From: Tubiluchus corallicola | Lineage: Eukaryota > Animalia > Priapulida | Length of the DNA stretch: 64,000 nt | Assembly: GCA_030141605.1 (NCBI GenBank) | Contig: JAQGDQ010000054.1 | Location: 248,001 to 312,000 of the forward strand | Reading direction: 5' to 3' | Part shown: in pieces, positions 50,995-64,000 of the stretch | Layout: each line of letters starts with the position of its first letter | Position numbering within the stretch: position 1 is the stretch's first letter | Made by a program: the position numbers and the translations under genes | Notes under the pieces: generated by a model | Seen by the model: only the letters and a program-made list of their open reading frames with translations | Database searches by the model: none | What the model was told of the DNA's origin: nothing

Positions 50995-53900
50995 AATAAC
51001 AGTTGCTATTATTCCCAGTGACGTGGTAACCAAGGCGAGAGACGATGAGGAAGGGATGGGACCCAGAGGGGAAAAGAAAGAAAATGCAGGAGAGAGAGAG
51101 AGAGGGAAGAAAGAGAGAGAAGGGGGAGAGTGACGAGGCGGCAAAGAAAAAGAGACGAAAAAATGAGAAAGAAAGTCCGAGAGAGAAAGAGAGTAGGACG
51201 TACGGAAATTAAGCATTCAACGCGCTAAATATGAATATTCGTATATGTGTATCCATTAGTTGAAAAACCAAACACTAATACTGTTATAGCCATATAGTCT
51301 ACATAGTGCTGGCTGGTCGGTACGTATTCCGTAATACATTCATGCATCAGTTTCACAGTTTGTGGTTACATATTATTTTTTATCAGAAGAAAATGTAAAA
51401 AACCGTCATTATAATGGCAAATCTTATAGCAAAATAATTTCCAGTACAATATGACAGTCTTCAAATAGTAAATAAGATTTGCACTATTAAACATGCAGAA
51501 CATTTTCGCAAATATTCGCCTCTGTCTAAAAAATAGATGTTATTTTTGTTTTTATCAATTAGTTGTATATTAGTTGTATATTACTTTATTTGCCGGGTTG
51601 GAGCTCGTAGCTGTCATTCTGTAGTTTTTTTTGCGAATCGAATCGGCCCACCTACGCGTGTCAGTACGAAGTAAATATGATACATATACAAGTACACATA
51701 TACATAACAAGTAAAATTTGTTATGTGTAACCAGTTAAAATTAACTGCTATTTGCAATAGTCTTAAAACAAATAACAATACAAGCGACAACAAACTCAAA
51801 CATTTCAATATAAAACTAAAATTTTTATATTGAGGTTTCATAATATTAAGAGCGTCACTTGCAGGATTATCGGACAACCCGGCCAAAGAAGTCATCAAAA
51901 GTGAGATGACAGAAGGGCGTTATAATGAGTCAAAAAAGTTCCGTTTATTTCAACTCACTATAGTCAACTCGGTTTAGTGTGTACACATCCTATTTCTGTC
52001 GTTTTACAAATTATTTACAGTTTTGAATGTTACAAGCTAACGTTGTAGTGGACTTAAGTCTGGGTGAGTATAGGTCAGTTTTGTCAGGGCATGAGTCATT
52101 TTATTGCTAGTGAGTCTTGGGTACGAGCCATGCTTGGTCATCTCTCTGTGAGTCAAGTGGGTGACATTAAAATTTTGGTTACTCATATCCAGCACTGACT
52201 AGTGACTATCAAGGTCAGATAATGTTTAAGTAATTCAAAGCAATTTCCAGCAATGGCTGGAAAAATATTATTATATGGAGAGTTCTTGTTTGTCTGAAAC
52301 GCATTCGGCTTCAATGCGAATACTGTAAGTTATTTGGGTGTAATTTTTTTAATAATCGTGGTAAGAATCCATATGAAATATCGTTTTCTTCGACTAATAA
52401 AACCTTGCTTGAAAAACAAAAAAGAGCAGCGAATTTCCACCTAATATAGAATTATAGCACACTGGCCTTTATGTCTGTAATTTTCGTCTGTGATTACGCA
52501 TTAGGATTCAGCAATAAATTGCAGTTAGAGAACTCTGTTCAGCTCTGCTCAGTTCAGCTATACTCTGCGAGCTTGAGCTACATTCCTATGCTAAAGCAAT
52601 GTCGTTCATTAATGGGTCGAAATAAATGCATGCATTAGTCAGCAAAGCAGATCATTATCCTAAAATGAGCTAACTATACTCTGGCAGACCCAGTCGGCTG
52701 TATTCTGCAATTCGTTTTAGGTGGTTGTTATCGCCATTGCTAAGTCGTGCATAACTTTACAGCAACTTTTGAAAGTCAAAAAATGTATGACGACAACGGC
52801 ATCGTCATCATCATCCCAAGCCATAATTTTTTTCTTATCCTAAAATGCTTTTTCAGCGCATGCGCGGCTTACTTGTTAGCTGTATTGTGCACTTCATAAG
52901 TACCGCATATCTTTAGCCCACTAATTCAATAATAAATGTAGTAGACGCGGCTGTATAGACACTGATTTGGCATTTGTTGTATGCGCCATTTATTGACAAA
53001 GAGAGGAAACAGTTGATTTGATGTTCCTTTATTTTTTTGCAAATTGGAACGATGAAGCCAGATCTTACCAAATATTAATTGTTGCAATAATTTATTTAAA
53101 ACAAAACTGTTTACTTATATTGGTTTATCTCTGCAATATGTTTATGATATTGCTTTGCGAATTATTCTTTTCAGCGAATGTTAGGCTATTATATATCCAC
53201 AACTAAAGGAAAATAAATTAAGCGCTAACTTAAAAAAGCATGTTTTCAAAAGCATTTAAAACTTAAAATGTTTCTGAGAATTTTATTTCACTGAAAAGAC
53301 TTTTAAATCTTTCTGTCATATTTTTAAAATAACACCGTGTCTATATCTTTCCTGTAGATCCTATTTTTATAGTACCACATGTGTGCATGTTATTACCTTT
53401 AATATATAATACTACAGCTTTAGAAATCAGTCTCTGAGTGAATATACATGCACCACGTGCTGTTTCCAGTTTTGATTACACTTATTCACATGTAATTTGT
53501 TAGCTGCAGTAGCATTATTCGACAGAGAGTAATTTCATGTCAAATTACGGCAGGCATGACTTTCCGTCATTGAGGTTTATCATAATTGTACTCAGCTAGC
53601 ATTTTCCATTGTATTGTAAGTTTAACTAACTTTATTACGTGATAACAGTGATAACTTTTCGTAAGAAAATCCTTTCTAGCCGCAAAAACACTGTTGCTAG
53701 AATGTACAGTTTTCTTGCTGGCAAATTGGCAGAAATGTGTACACAACATTTTTGAATTTAATTTCAAAGGATTACGATCGTACAGTAAAGCAAATTATTT
53801 TATTTTTTTCACAAATACTTAATTAGGGCAATGTAGGACTATCATTATAAGCTAGATAAGCAATGATCAATAATAATCACCAAACTGATTTCGGTCGCCA

Positions 53901-56900
53901 AAGTACACTCGTCATAAATAAAATAAAGCATATAATAAATAATAAATAAAATAATATAAAAATATGACAATAACGCCTCTGCGTCCAAGGCTACTAGCTG
54001 GCAAGCTCACGTTTAAAAAAAGAAAGAATGTACAAAAAATAAAATCTCTAGTTTTGTCGGAAATAAGTAGATCAATGTAAAGATGGTAACCTTGTTGTTT
54101 CATAATAAAATGAAATGGAAGAAGAATATCTAAGGGTAATAAAGGGAAATCGGCGACCATTCTAACACTCGGAACACTAACTAATTAATGGACGCTAATC
54201 AGCTTATTCGAGCATAAATGATAAATACGGCCAAACTATCAAAAATGATTTATCAGAAATTAAAATCTCAAAACCCAAAATATTTTCATTTATAAGCGGG
54301 AGAATTTAAGACTTAGTGTAGATTCTTAAAATAACTTTACTTAAAAATTTACGTTCGCAGTGACTTAGATAGAAAATAGATGGTCGATTCTAAAAATAAT
54401 TCTTAGTTCTTCTTAGCCGTTCCAGTGCTTCTTTTGTAATGCTTTCTACTGGAAATTTAGTTAAATATTAAAATTGTTTTAAGACACAAACGGTGCTATA
54501 GGCATTTCTTGTAACAATATGTTGCTGGTTGTGCAGAACTATTTGTTGAAAAACTCACGAATTAGTTAAATAAATTTTTTTAACCGTTTCTAGAGCGAAA
54601 TGACTTTTCCACCAAGGTCCATGTGAGTTATTCTTTTGATAATTAGATTTGCTGTTTACATTGTTTAGAACAATATTACAAGTATCTATCCTATGATCGC
54701 TTGCCTGGCCTTGACGTATGTTCCGACTTCAGGTGGGAGATGTGACTAAAAAGATCTAAAAAAGTGGGGGCGCTTGTATCGTGCCCGAAAATATCTAAAT
54801 ATTGATGCTATACTTTTGTTAATTTGTTCTAGTCTGATTGGGATGAATCATATTTTTGCTCATCCAAGGTCTGCATTTTAATCTTCCTTTTTATTACTGC
54901 TTTTATGAAAGAAGCTCTCGGGATCTCGCTGAGTTTGGAACAGGTTTAATAGTTTTGCTGTTGCTTCCCATAATTTAAATCTGGACATTTTTATGTGCAT
55001 GACTGTTGCTCATAGATTTCTTCCCTCGGGCCTTTTGGCTGTGAAGTTCCTTACCAGAAATCGTTTTCTACTGTTATCTACTATCAACCAAACACTAGAA
55101 AATTAGTTAAGTGAATTCTATTTTTCTGGATCTACGTTTAATTCCTCATTTCGAGTTGTAACTGGCCTTATTTGACGCCTTGCACAAAATATCATCAACA
55201 AACTCTTCTTGTATCAACTTATCATTGTTCGGAGCTATACGAGACGTTTCATTTCAAGTTTAATTAACTTTTTTATAATTACACGCAAGAGGTTTACCCG
55301 CAATTAGCAACTTACTCATTACTCATTATAATAATTAAAGACACAAAAGCTGTTGCAGTATACAACTGCCTTCCAAATTGCTTGATTATGATGAATAAGA
55401 AATTGATAACGAACGTAATGCGCTCGTACAGCTTCTTGTTCTTTCAAAAATTAATTACTCGAAATATGGCGAGCGAAATTTATCTATGTATATTAAATTT
55501 CTGTTTATTATCTGTATATCCCTCTTTGGGATATACATTCTGTACGAGTTGATAATTTTTCAACTAATTTGGCTGTGGCCTACGTCTATTTGCCCACTCC
55601 TGTTTGCATCATAAAGATTGTTGCACAATCTAAAATCTAAAACCTTTGCACAACGAAGGTGTTATTTGCGTACGATGGTACAAATTAATCATTGATTAAA
55701 TTTGGAAAGTGCAACCAAACTTGGAAAAGATAAAAAAAGTTTGCAACCTGCATTTGAATCCTGAATGCTTACAAGGCAGACGCTATGATCGCTAAACTAC
55801 CGTGTTGCCTTAGAGATCATTGCGTTTAAATTTTAACTGATTTAATTTCAGGCTAAGAATCAATCATCAATCAAAATTAAAGTTAATCTGTTTGGTTTGA
55901 ATCAATCTGGCGTGAGCGATCTGACATTGGTAACACTGAACTGGATGGCCAGCAATTAGGGATGACCTTTAACTGCCATGATTACTAGGGCGCACGACTG
56001 TCTAGCAATTACGGTGTCTGTTTTGTAAGCAAGAGATTCCAGGCTCAAAAGTCAAATTTCATATATGTCAAGTTTGGTTCGTAAAATAATTATAATTAAT
56101 TGTAAGTTTGTATCATCGTTAAAGTAATTATTAACTTTAAGATGATAAATAATTAGTTATTTGCACTGGCTGTTATATGTATATATACATAGTGCTTAAC
56201 TTTATTTTATTTTATTTTAGAATTTTATTTCATAAGTCGCTGAAGCCCTGCGCAGATATGCAATTTTGAGTATTTTTCAGCATAGTATAATTAGCAATTT
56301 TCTTCGCTTCTTGTATTGTAAGAGGTATATAAAAAACTATACGCTATGCATATACAATAAACTGGTTATTTCATTCGTTATTCCATTTATCGTTTTCATG
56401 CAGTTTTTGTGCGCAAGATAAAGTGTGTCTAATCACAGCTGCTACTCGAGTTTAGATTTTGCATAGATAGAATTAGAAAACTATTGTGAAAACTCACTCA
56501 GAAAAATAATGATGTTTAGCATAGGCTTAACAATGATGTTGTAAAGTCACTGAGAGAATGCCTCCTCTGTAGGAATGACAGGAATGCTTTTTCTCCTGCC
56601 AGTGTTCCTATAGGTGATGAATAGTCCAATAACAATTCATCAAAAATATTTGGACTCGTCCAATAATAGCTAAAGAATTTATTAGGAAGACCCGTAAGCC
56701 GTTATAGAACTTGTAAAATTGCTCCTTCAGTAAGCACTGGCTAATTATTGGGTGGGCCTCATATTTTCAGCGGCTTTTTGTCGTTTTGTGAACTAATAAT
56801 GCACAAATACAAGCAACGTCTTCAAATTCAATACCGCCAGTTGCACAATTTAAAATTGCATATCTGAGCACCCGATTTTGGCACACCAGTAAAATTGCTG

Positions 56901-57407
56901 CAATTTTCAGTTGTGCAATTGAAAATTGAATGTCTGCGCGGGACCTAATTTGATTTCCAATTTTCTTTGCTACTAACTGACTAATTTTTTTAGTCTACAT
57001 TTAAAGTTTTCTGCTGTTTTCTTCTGTTATTACGGACGGACGGATTGTTGTTCGCTTGGCTTTTTGCAGAGCTCATTAGATCACGCCACCAAAGCTGCCT
57101 GACCTCACCACACTAGAAGAACGAAGATAAATGCATATTCTTCTATTGCTCCCGAAATGTTGTTAACTGTCGATTAGCCAAGGATGCGGAAAAAGGATGT
57201 GGTGCTCACTTTCATGAATCGTAGACTCAAATTGCCATGTGGTTTCTCTTCTAATTGCCATTTTAGCAAACTTTTAAAAAATAACGAGTGGTTTATGAAA
57301 CAACCTGTTTTTATCTGTGAACGCGACGCATATGCGTCTACAAATCCTCTGAAGCATATGCGTATACTGCCAAGCAAATAATAACATGGTTGACTGCGTA
57401 TTTTCAG

Positions 57408-57543
57408 GTATCCGTGTACGCGTCGTACCTGTACGATGCGGTATTGTTGTACACCCGTGCCTTACACTCTGTTCTGCTGAATAATGGTAGCGTCAAAGAT
57501 GGAAAAGCAATTGCTGATCGCATTAGGAAAACCCATTATCACA
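57408..57543 (+). CDS. Receptor guanylyl cyclase coding exon 5
   Basis: Acceptor tattttcag|; VSVYASYLYDAVLLYTRALHSVLLNNGSVKDGKAIADRIRKTHYH; donor A|GTAAGT; 136 nt, phase 0-1. Confidence 0.93.
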
Positions 57544-58408
57544 GTAAGTCTCAACTGTTTCCAAATTTCTTCTACGTCATTTTTCTCAGCAGTGGCTTAA
57601 AAGCCACGTCTCTGCTGGCAAAACTGCCACTTAATTGACTTAATTGACAAAAATGGCTGTTTGATGAGAGTGCAGGCTATCGATCTTAATGTTTCCCCAA
57701 TTCACAACAAATAGTGACGACATGACGAAATAAAACTTCAACAAATTACGTGACACGCCTGGGAATTATAGATGAAGTGTACTAGATGTAACATGTAATC
57801 TAACAATATTTTTTAGCAGTAGCTAGCAATTTATAACCTAGTTATAACCACGACAGATATAATGTGCGTTGTGGTTTGCGAAAACAAATTGTATCATTAT
57901 CGTGTAATCATACGCAATTTAAGCTTACAAAATAAAATTACCAAAAGCAAATTATTGATCACTCGTAGCGAGCCAGGATTGAACACATGAAACTTTACTT
58001 GCTTAAGGTTTTGCCAGAGAACATTATAAAAATTTGAAAACTCATTTAACACTTCCTAATTTAGTTCATTATTCCTAATGCAAAAGGTACACTTTACGAT
58101 ATGAGATGATCAATAACTATATGAAATGTTTAGTTTAAACTTTATTTATTCAAAGTGAATTTACAATTGTCATCTTAAATGTGACGCCATCGTCGCCATC
58201 GTTAGCGTGGCTACTCGCAACAGAATTTTCTGTCTTCGTAATTAACCAGTTTTGCTATCCGCATTTTACACAGCCTTTATCTGGGTACTGCGTAAATAAT
58301 CTTGAACAGGAACATTAATTGCTGGTGGGTGTGGGACAATCAATGTTTGATCTTGGTTGTGGTATCTGTGGGTCAAGTCACGCTTGGTGACCCATTTTCA
58401 GCTCTGAA

Positions 58409-58416
58409 AGAGAGAG

Positions 58417-58473
<57 letters not shown>

Positions 58474-58498
58474 AGAGAAAGAGAGAGACTAAGAGAGA
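58409..58498. repeat. (GA)n microsatellite
   Basis: Read directly. Confidence 0.95.
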
Positions 58499-60782
58499 AA
58501 TACCGTAAACCCAAAGTTTTAATATTCATTTTGATTAACATTGCAGCTTTTTTCTTTCAAAATCTTTTCTCCTTACTTTAAATACATTTAGTTTGCTTAA
58601 TATTTTCCTGTTGTTCATAAATAATCTGTACATGTCGATCTGTAAGTTACCTACGTGGTTTTCTACATATAGTTTTACGTTGGCTTAATCACCTGACCTG
58701 ATGTGCTTCGGCTGTTAACTGGCCTCTTCGTAAAGTTTAAATAAGCTATGCGGTTCTGTATACACTGACTATTTGACACGTGTCAATTTGATAGTCCACA
58801 TGTAGCTCTTTGCTTATAATGTATTTTGTTACTTTGTGAAATTTAATATGTGAAATGCAATGTTTTTTCCTGTGCAGTATTGTTGTTTTTATTCATTGCT
58901 GAGTTTAAATTTGCTGCAACAATAAAATGATAAATTATGCAGCTTAAATACACACAGTGAACTGCTACATTCTGCTAAGCGTTATGCATAGTTTATTCTG
59001 AAATATTAAAACAGTTTAATAAGATTTAGATTTTCTCTTGCTCTTTATTTTCCTAGATTAATCCGGACGTTGTCGTGGTTAACCCATCTTCAGTCCTTCC
59101 TAATAGCTCTCCCATCTTTCTATATTTTCTGCCTTCAAAATTGGAAACGTCAAAACTATAATTAACTTTAATAGCAAAACTAGAATAACGCAACGTTCGC
59201 GACAAAGTTGTCCGCGCGTTTGTGACTGTGCAACTCAAAGAGAGATTGATGTTGCAACCACACAGTGTGACAGAGGCTTGAGTGAGGACTGTGGTAATCC
59301 TGCTTATACCACAAGAAGATTGGTTGATTAGTTAATGCTACAGGTTTACTAATTACTAGTGCTTCCAGAATGGTTATCTCGGTTTTAGGCTAAGTTGCTT
59401 ATGCGAAGCAGATTACACAACTGTCGCTGTAATAACCGAAGCTTTGTTTTGTTCAGTGCAAAATTTACAACCGAGAATAGCAGGGCTATTAACAATGTGA
59501 TTGAAGTCATTGTTGTAGTGATTATTATAACAGCGTAATCTCTCGTTTTTATCGAGGCAATAATTTTTTGATTCGTCTGCGATGTTTTAACATTTATTCT
59601 GAACTATCACGCATGAAGCCATGACATCGTGAAGTCTGAAGCGCATTCATACATGGATACCATGTTGGGTGATACGTAGTACTAGGATACAGCAAAACAG
59701 TAGTACAGAGCAATTTATTACATCAAAGCATCACTGAAACATTAGAGAATCTATCAGGCGTCAATATTTAGTATATGTATAATGTATATAATTCTTTATT
59801 GTAATTACTATACATATAGAAGTACCATAATGTACAAGTAAAAAGATTACGTATAACTAGTTAAAATGAATTGGGTCGATCCCTGATCTCTTCCAGTCAC
59901 AGCTCCAATCCGAACAGTGGTTTGTGAGATGCATGAGATTTCCACAGTGAATGCTGAGAACTGAGTTTATATATTACTTTGATGTAATAAATTGTTCTGC
60001 TCTATTACTGAGTGTTTTTGTACTCCATAGCAAAAGATTGTGTACCCTGTAGACCTGTACAAAGATTGATATTACATGTATTACAACGTAATAAGCTCTC
60101 ATGTCAGACCGTACTAACCCGTAATTACTCTAGTTGGTACCTTGTTATCGAACAGAGAAACCCTATAAAGTCGGTTGTATTAACTAATTAAGAGTAAATG
60201 CAATAGATTCGTGCAATGTGATTTAGCAATTATAGCTTAATGCTTTTATAGCATCCACACACCTGTTTCTGCTTTGCAGTGTATTCATCATAAATGACAT
60301 GCTACAAATACAAATGCAATATAAATAGTAGAAATAGCTAAATATTGTCCGAGCATCTAACAAAAGAACAAAACTGGTATTCGTTGCATGAATTTACTTT
60401 AAAAATGAGCGTATGGTCAAATATAATGTGCTGTATGACCCACTGTGCGAAAATTTTGCAACAACTTCAAAGAAGTTCTTCAAGTAATGCCAACAATTTG
60501 CATGAAAGCCGATTTTTGTCAATAATCGTGACCTAGACAATTTTCGGAAATAATACTGTCATTGTTGTTCTTATTGTATCAGTTTCTCCTGTGTAATGTA
60601 GTTTGGTTTCTTTACGAGCGTTGTACAACATTTGTTAAAGGGGGCGAAAAGAGAATTTTCAAGTAAGCGCGGTAATGTATTGTTAATAACGGTTCTAAAA
60701 TTATTATTGTAATCAAATTTGTAAAGTTCTTAGATGTGAAAGGGAATTTTAAGATAACCCTATATCACAAAGAACTTTCTAT

Positions 60783-61090
60783 ACAAAGTTATATTACTTT
60801 GCATTATACTTACCTGCTAGAAACAGTTTCTTAATAGGAAAAAAATTCTGAATAATTTAAAACGTGCGCGCCACCTGGTAAAATGGCATTTCATCCCAGT
60901 GTGCACCACTGATTCACCAAAAACACATTCATCTTATTTGACAATATAAAGTAATTTACACTTTTGCTTAGTTAGGAAAGAGTGCGCTGCGAATGCTCTT
61001 ATTATTTTTTCAAATTTTTTTCAGTGTTATCCAAGCTTGGTTCAATTAAGTTACCCTTACAATGGCTTATAACCGTAATCGCTGGAGTTA
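60783..61090 (+). repeat. Dispersed repeat, diverged direct copy of ~11015-11295
   Basis: Same ordered blocks as the intron 1 copy. Confidence 0.65.
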
Positions 61091-61108
61091 TAGGGTGTTA
61101 CTGCCAAC

Positions 61109-61296
61109 GGCGCGTTCAGACGTAGAGACTTCTCTCGCAACTTGCTACGCAACTTCTTTCTGAAAGTAAAGTTAACGTGTGAACGGTTTGGCAACTTCTC
61201 TCGCAACTTGTTTCAAAGTGTGAACGGCTTGGTAACTTCCCTCAGAGAGAAGTTGCGCAACAAGTTGCGAGAGAAGTCTCTACGTCTGAACACGCC
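61109..61296. mobile_element. PIF/Harbinger-like MITE
   Basis: ~55-bp TIR ggcgcgttcagacgtagagacttctctcgcaacttg... / ...caagttgcgagagaagtctctacgtctgaacacgcc; caa/taa one base outside the ends. Confidence 0.8.
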
Positions 61297-62087
61297 ATAA
61301 CACAACTTACACAAATGAATTTACACAAGCTCTGTATGCAATAAGACAGCATGAAAGTGACACAAAATTCGAAGACGGTTTTTAAATTTTATTTATGAAA
61401 GAGTGTTTTCTTGTGCTTTAAGAAGACGGAGTTTAACTGCTGCCATACAATCTTAATTGTGCTTAACTCGCTATAATAAACACTGTAGGGTGCAAGAATG
61501 GCGCAAACATAGCTCGGTTTGAATTTCTATTCTGTCACAAAAATCATGGAGTTCTGTATGTTGTTTGTAAATACTATTTCTGTCGTTTAGAAACGGTTTA
61601 AAAACAGATTTAGAAACTGTGCCTGCATGCAATGCAATTTTTCACTTTTACAAAAACCATATTTTCCTGTTGGTACAAAAACACGTTGCACATTGCACAA
61701 TGCTCTAGCCTAGCAGGCTGTAGTTGCAACGATACTGAACAACCGTAAGTTTCTTTTTTAGTTTGGCTGTATAATAAACTAGATCTTTCCCTGCAAGTGG
61801 GTTTAGATTTTGTTCGACTCTTCAGTGATTAATAATGTTGAAAACCATCACGAAATTACTCTTATAGATTATAATTATAAGGAACTGTACGTTCGTGCTT
61901 GATGCTGTTTAGTGCTTGCAAACCTCTACGGCCACAACTTGATACTCACGTCATCCCCTAAAACCACCCACAAGGAAAGTATTAAAGATACACGTTTTTC
62001 CACATAGTGTATGATTCGTTTCAGTGGGGTGTTACTACAAAAATGTTGCATAACCCAACGTGTAGTCCTAGTAAGGTTATATTTTAG

Positions 62088-62242
62088 GTATCAATGGATA
62101 CGAGATTCATATTGATGAGAATGGTGATGCTGAAGGAAACTATACAATCCTGTCACGTCAAGAATTTGCCACAGAAAATGCCACCAGCTATCTCATGAAG
62201 CCAGTGGGAACATTCCTAGTAAACAAAACTACTGGCTTATTG
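62088..62242 (+). CDS. Receptor guanylyl cyclase coding exon 6
   Basis: Acceptor atattttag|GT; SINGYEIHIDENGDAEGNYTILSRQ...MKPVGTFLVNKTTGLL; donor TTG|GTTAGT; 155 nt, phase 1-0. Confidence 0.9.
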
Positions 62243-63001
62243 GTTAGTACGATGGTCATTGTTACAGTTACTTATAAATATCGAATACGAAAGTTTAGTA
62301 TTTTCAATATACTCATTTTTAAATACTGGTTAGTTTTCAAGATGAAACTTTCCTTGCAATTGTTAGTGCATTTCAGTGCAGCTAACAATATTAGTTTGTC
62401 GCAAAAATTCGCTAACAACACATAGTTCACAGCTTGCAATGAAAGAATAGACAAACAATAAAAACAGAGTAGCTTGTATGTATGTTTCTCTATATACGCT
62501 CCACATCTCTGGGCTAGCCACCCGTCGACGTTACCTACCCACACATTCCACATAATGCTTATGCGGCTTTTGAAATGATATATTTCCTATCATTTGTTGA
62601 TCAAAATATAGCAATCATGTATTCCTATAGCAACAAATTTTCAGAGTTAAACTCTAAAAGAAATAAAATATCGTTCAAATTTTTGAGCTTGTTAAAAAAG
62701 ATTATAGGATCAGCCATCCTTTGCTTTGAGTTTTGTAACTCAATAAATTCAATAATTCAATCTCATAAACGCACGAACGCAATACTAAAACAGAAAGTCT
62801 TAAAGATTTGGCACTCCACTGGGAGTCAAACCTAAGATCTTCTACTTTCTGGGCAGCTATGCTATGCAAAGGTGTCCCGACATTCCACACATAGAAATTT
62901 ATACTATAAGCCACTACAGGTAATTGATTATTCAATCAATAAATCATCAACAAATGTCACAAAAAGGTATATGTTCTTATTTTACGAATGTAATTCTACA
63001 G

Positions 63002-63107
63002 GTGTTTTCCCCTTACGTACACAAACAAATTTACTGGATAAGCGGGAGTCCGCCGCTTGACGAACCTCTCTGTGGATTTCACGGGGAAAATTGCATCGCT
63101 TCCCCAG
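63002..63107 (+). CDS. Receptor guanylyl cyclase coding exon 7 (juxtamembrane Cys motif)
   Basis: Acceptor taattctacag|; [35 protein letters not shown]; donor G|GTAGGT. The PxCGF..C motif precedes the TM helix in receptor GCs. Confidence 0.92.
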
Positions 63108-64000
63108 GTAGGTTGCAAACTTTATAGCGTTAGAATTATCTCAATTTATCGCTGATGTAATAGAGAGAAGAGCACTATAAGCACTTTGCATGGTGCTAGA
63201 AACATGAAAATTTTAGTCGCAGACGAAGAAAACTTGTGATTATTAAAAATCAACTAAGCAGCTGCTTGCAGCCAAATAAAAAAGTATTGAATTGAATTGA
63301 ATCTTGCTTTTTGTCTTGTTCTTGTTCTTTTTATGTCTTGTGTCTTGTTTTTTATTCTTATTCCTGCTTTTGCTCTTTTCTTGTCCTTGTCCTTGTTTTA
63401 TTCTTGTGAATTAACAACTACTTATTACAAACTACTGAAATTTATACGCAGAACAAACAGAATTTGATCAAACAAGCAGACGGTTGATCATTTTAGCTCC
63501 CATTGTTTAAGTATAGAAAATTATGCACGTGTGTCATATTTCACAAGCAACAAAATAAATTGGTCAGGAGTACCAATTAAGACATTTTCGTTATTTAAAT
63601 AAAAATTGTAAATATAATAACAGTAATTCATAACCGATACCTATATCACACATAAAGCATGCCTTGGATGTATAAACGTTTTGCATATAGAAATGAATGC
63701 ACAAGTCCACACTTCGGTACACTACAAAAGGGCATTCACCACTCAATGGCAGGATTGCAGTACCTAGGTAAACATCAAGGCTAATATACTAAAATAGCTT
63801 ATGGAATCAATTGAGGCACAGCATTTGTAATTATAACATCATGATTATGCTCACTATCATCACCAACTTTTCCACGAACACAAGTGTTACTACAGATCAT
63901 GTCGTTATTCTTAAGATCATCTTTACTGCAATTTTTATCATTGTCATTAACACATCATCATTGTAATCGTCATCATTATTTTCAACGTGGTAATAACTAT

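Noticed and set aside
52855-52867. NRF1/Ewg-like GCGCATGCGC motif (partial one at ~10397)
   Set aside because: An isolated short motif with no further support.

Overview
AT-rich, intron-rich animal (invertebrate-like) genomic DNA; nothing here is prokaryotic. The main feature is the 5' half of a membrane (receptor-type) guanylyl cyclase gene of the NPR/Gyc76C/Gyc32E class on the + strand. Seven GT-AG exons between 10511 and 63107 splice in phase into about 475 aa: a putative signal peptide, the ANF-receptor ligand-binding domain and the juxtamembrane PxCGF..C motif. The TM, kinase-homology and cyclase exons should lie beyond the window. The rest is transposon debris and simple repeats: a young 5'-truncated RTE LINE with an unbroken RT frame nested in a TGT...ACA MITE, a hAT Charlie/Buster deletion derivative with an 8-bp TSD, several other MITEs, decayed LINEs, a tRNA-SINE family and microsatellites. 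I found no clearly new biological system. The best leads concern RNA processing of the cyclase gene (a ~360-bp inverted repeat pair bracketing exon 2, candidate recursive splice sites, an overlapping uORF with a possible mini-intron at the start codon) and an orphan antisense coding-like segment in intron 4. All calls come from reading and translating by hand; no searches were run.
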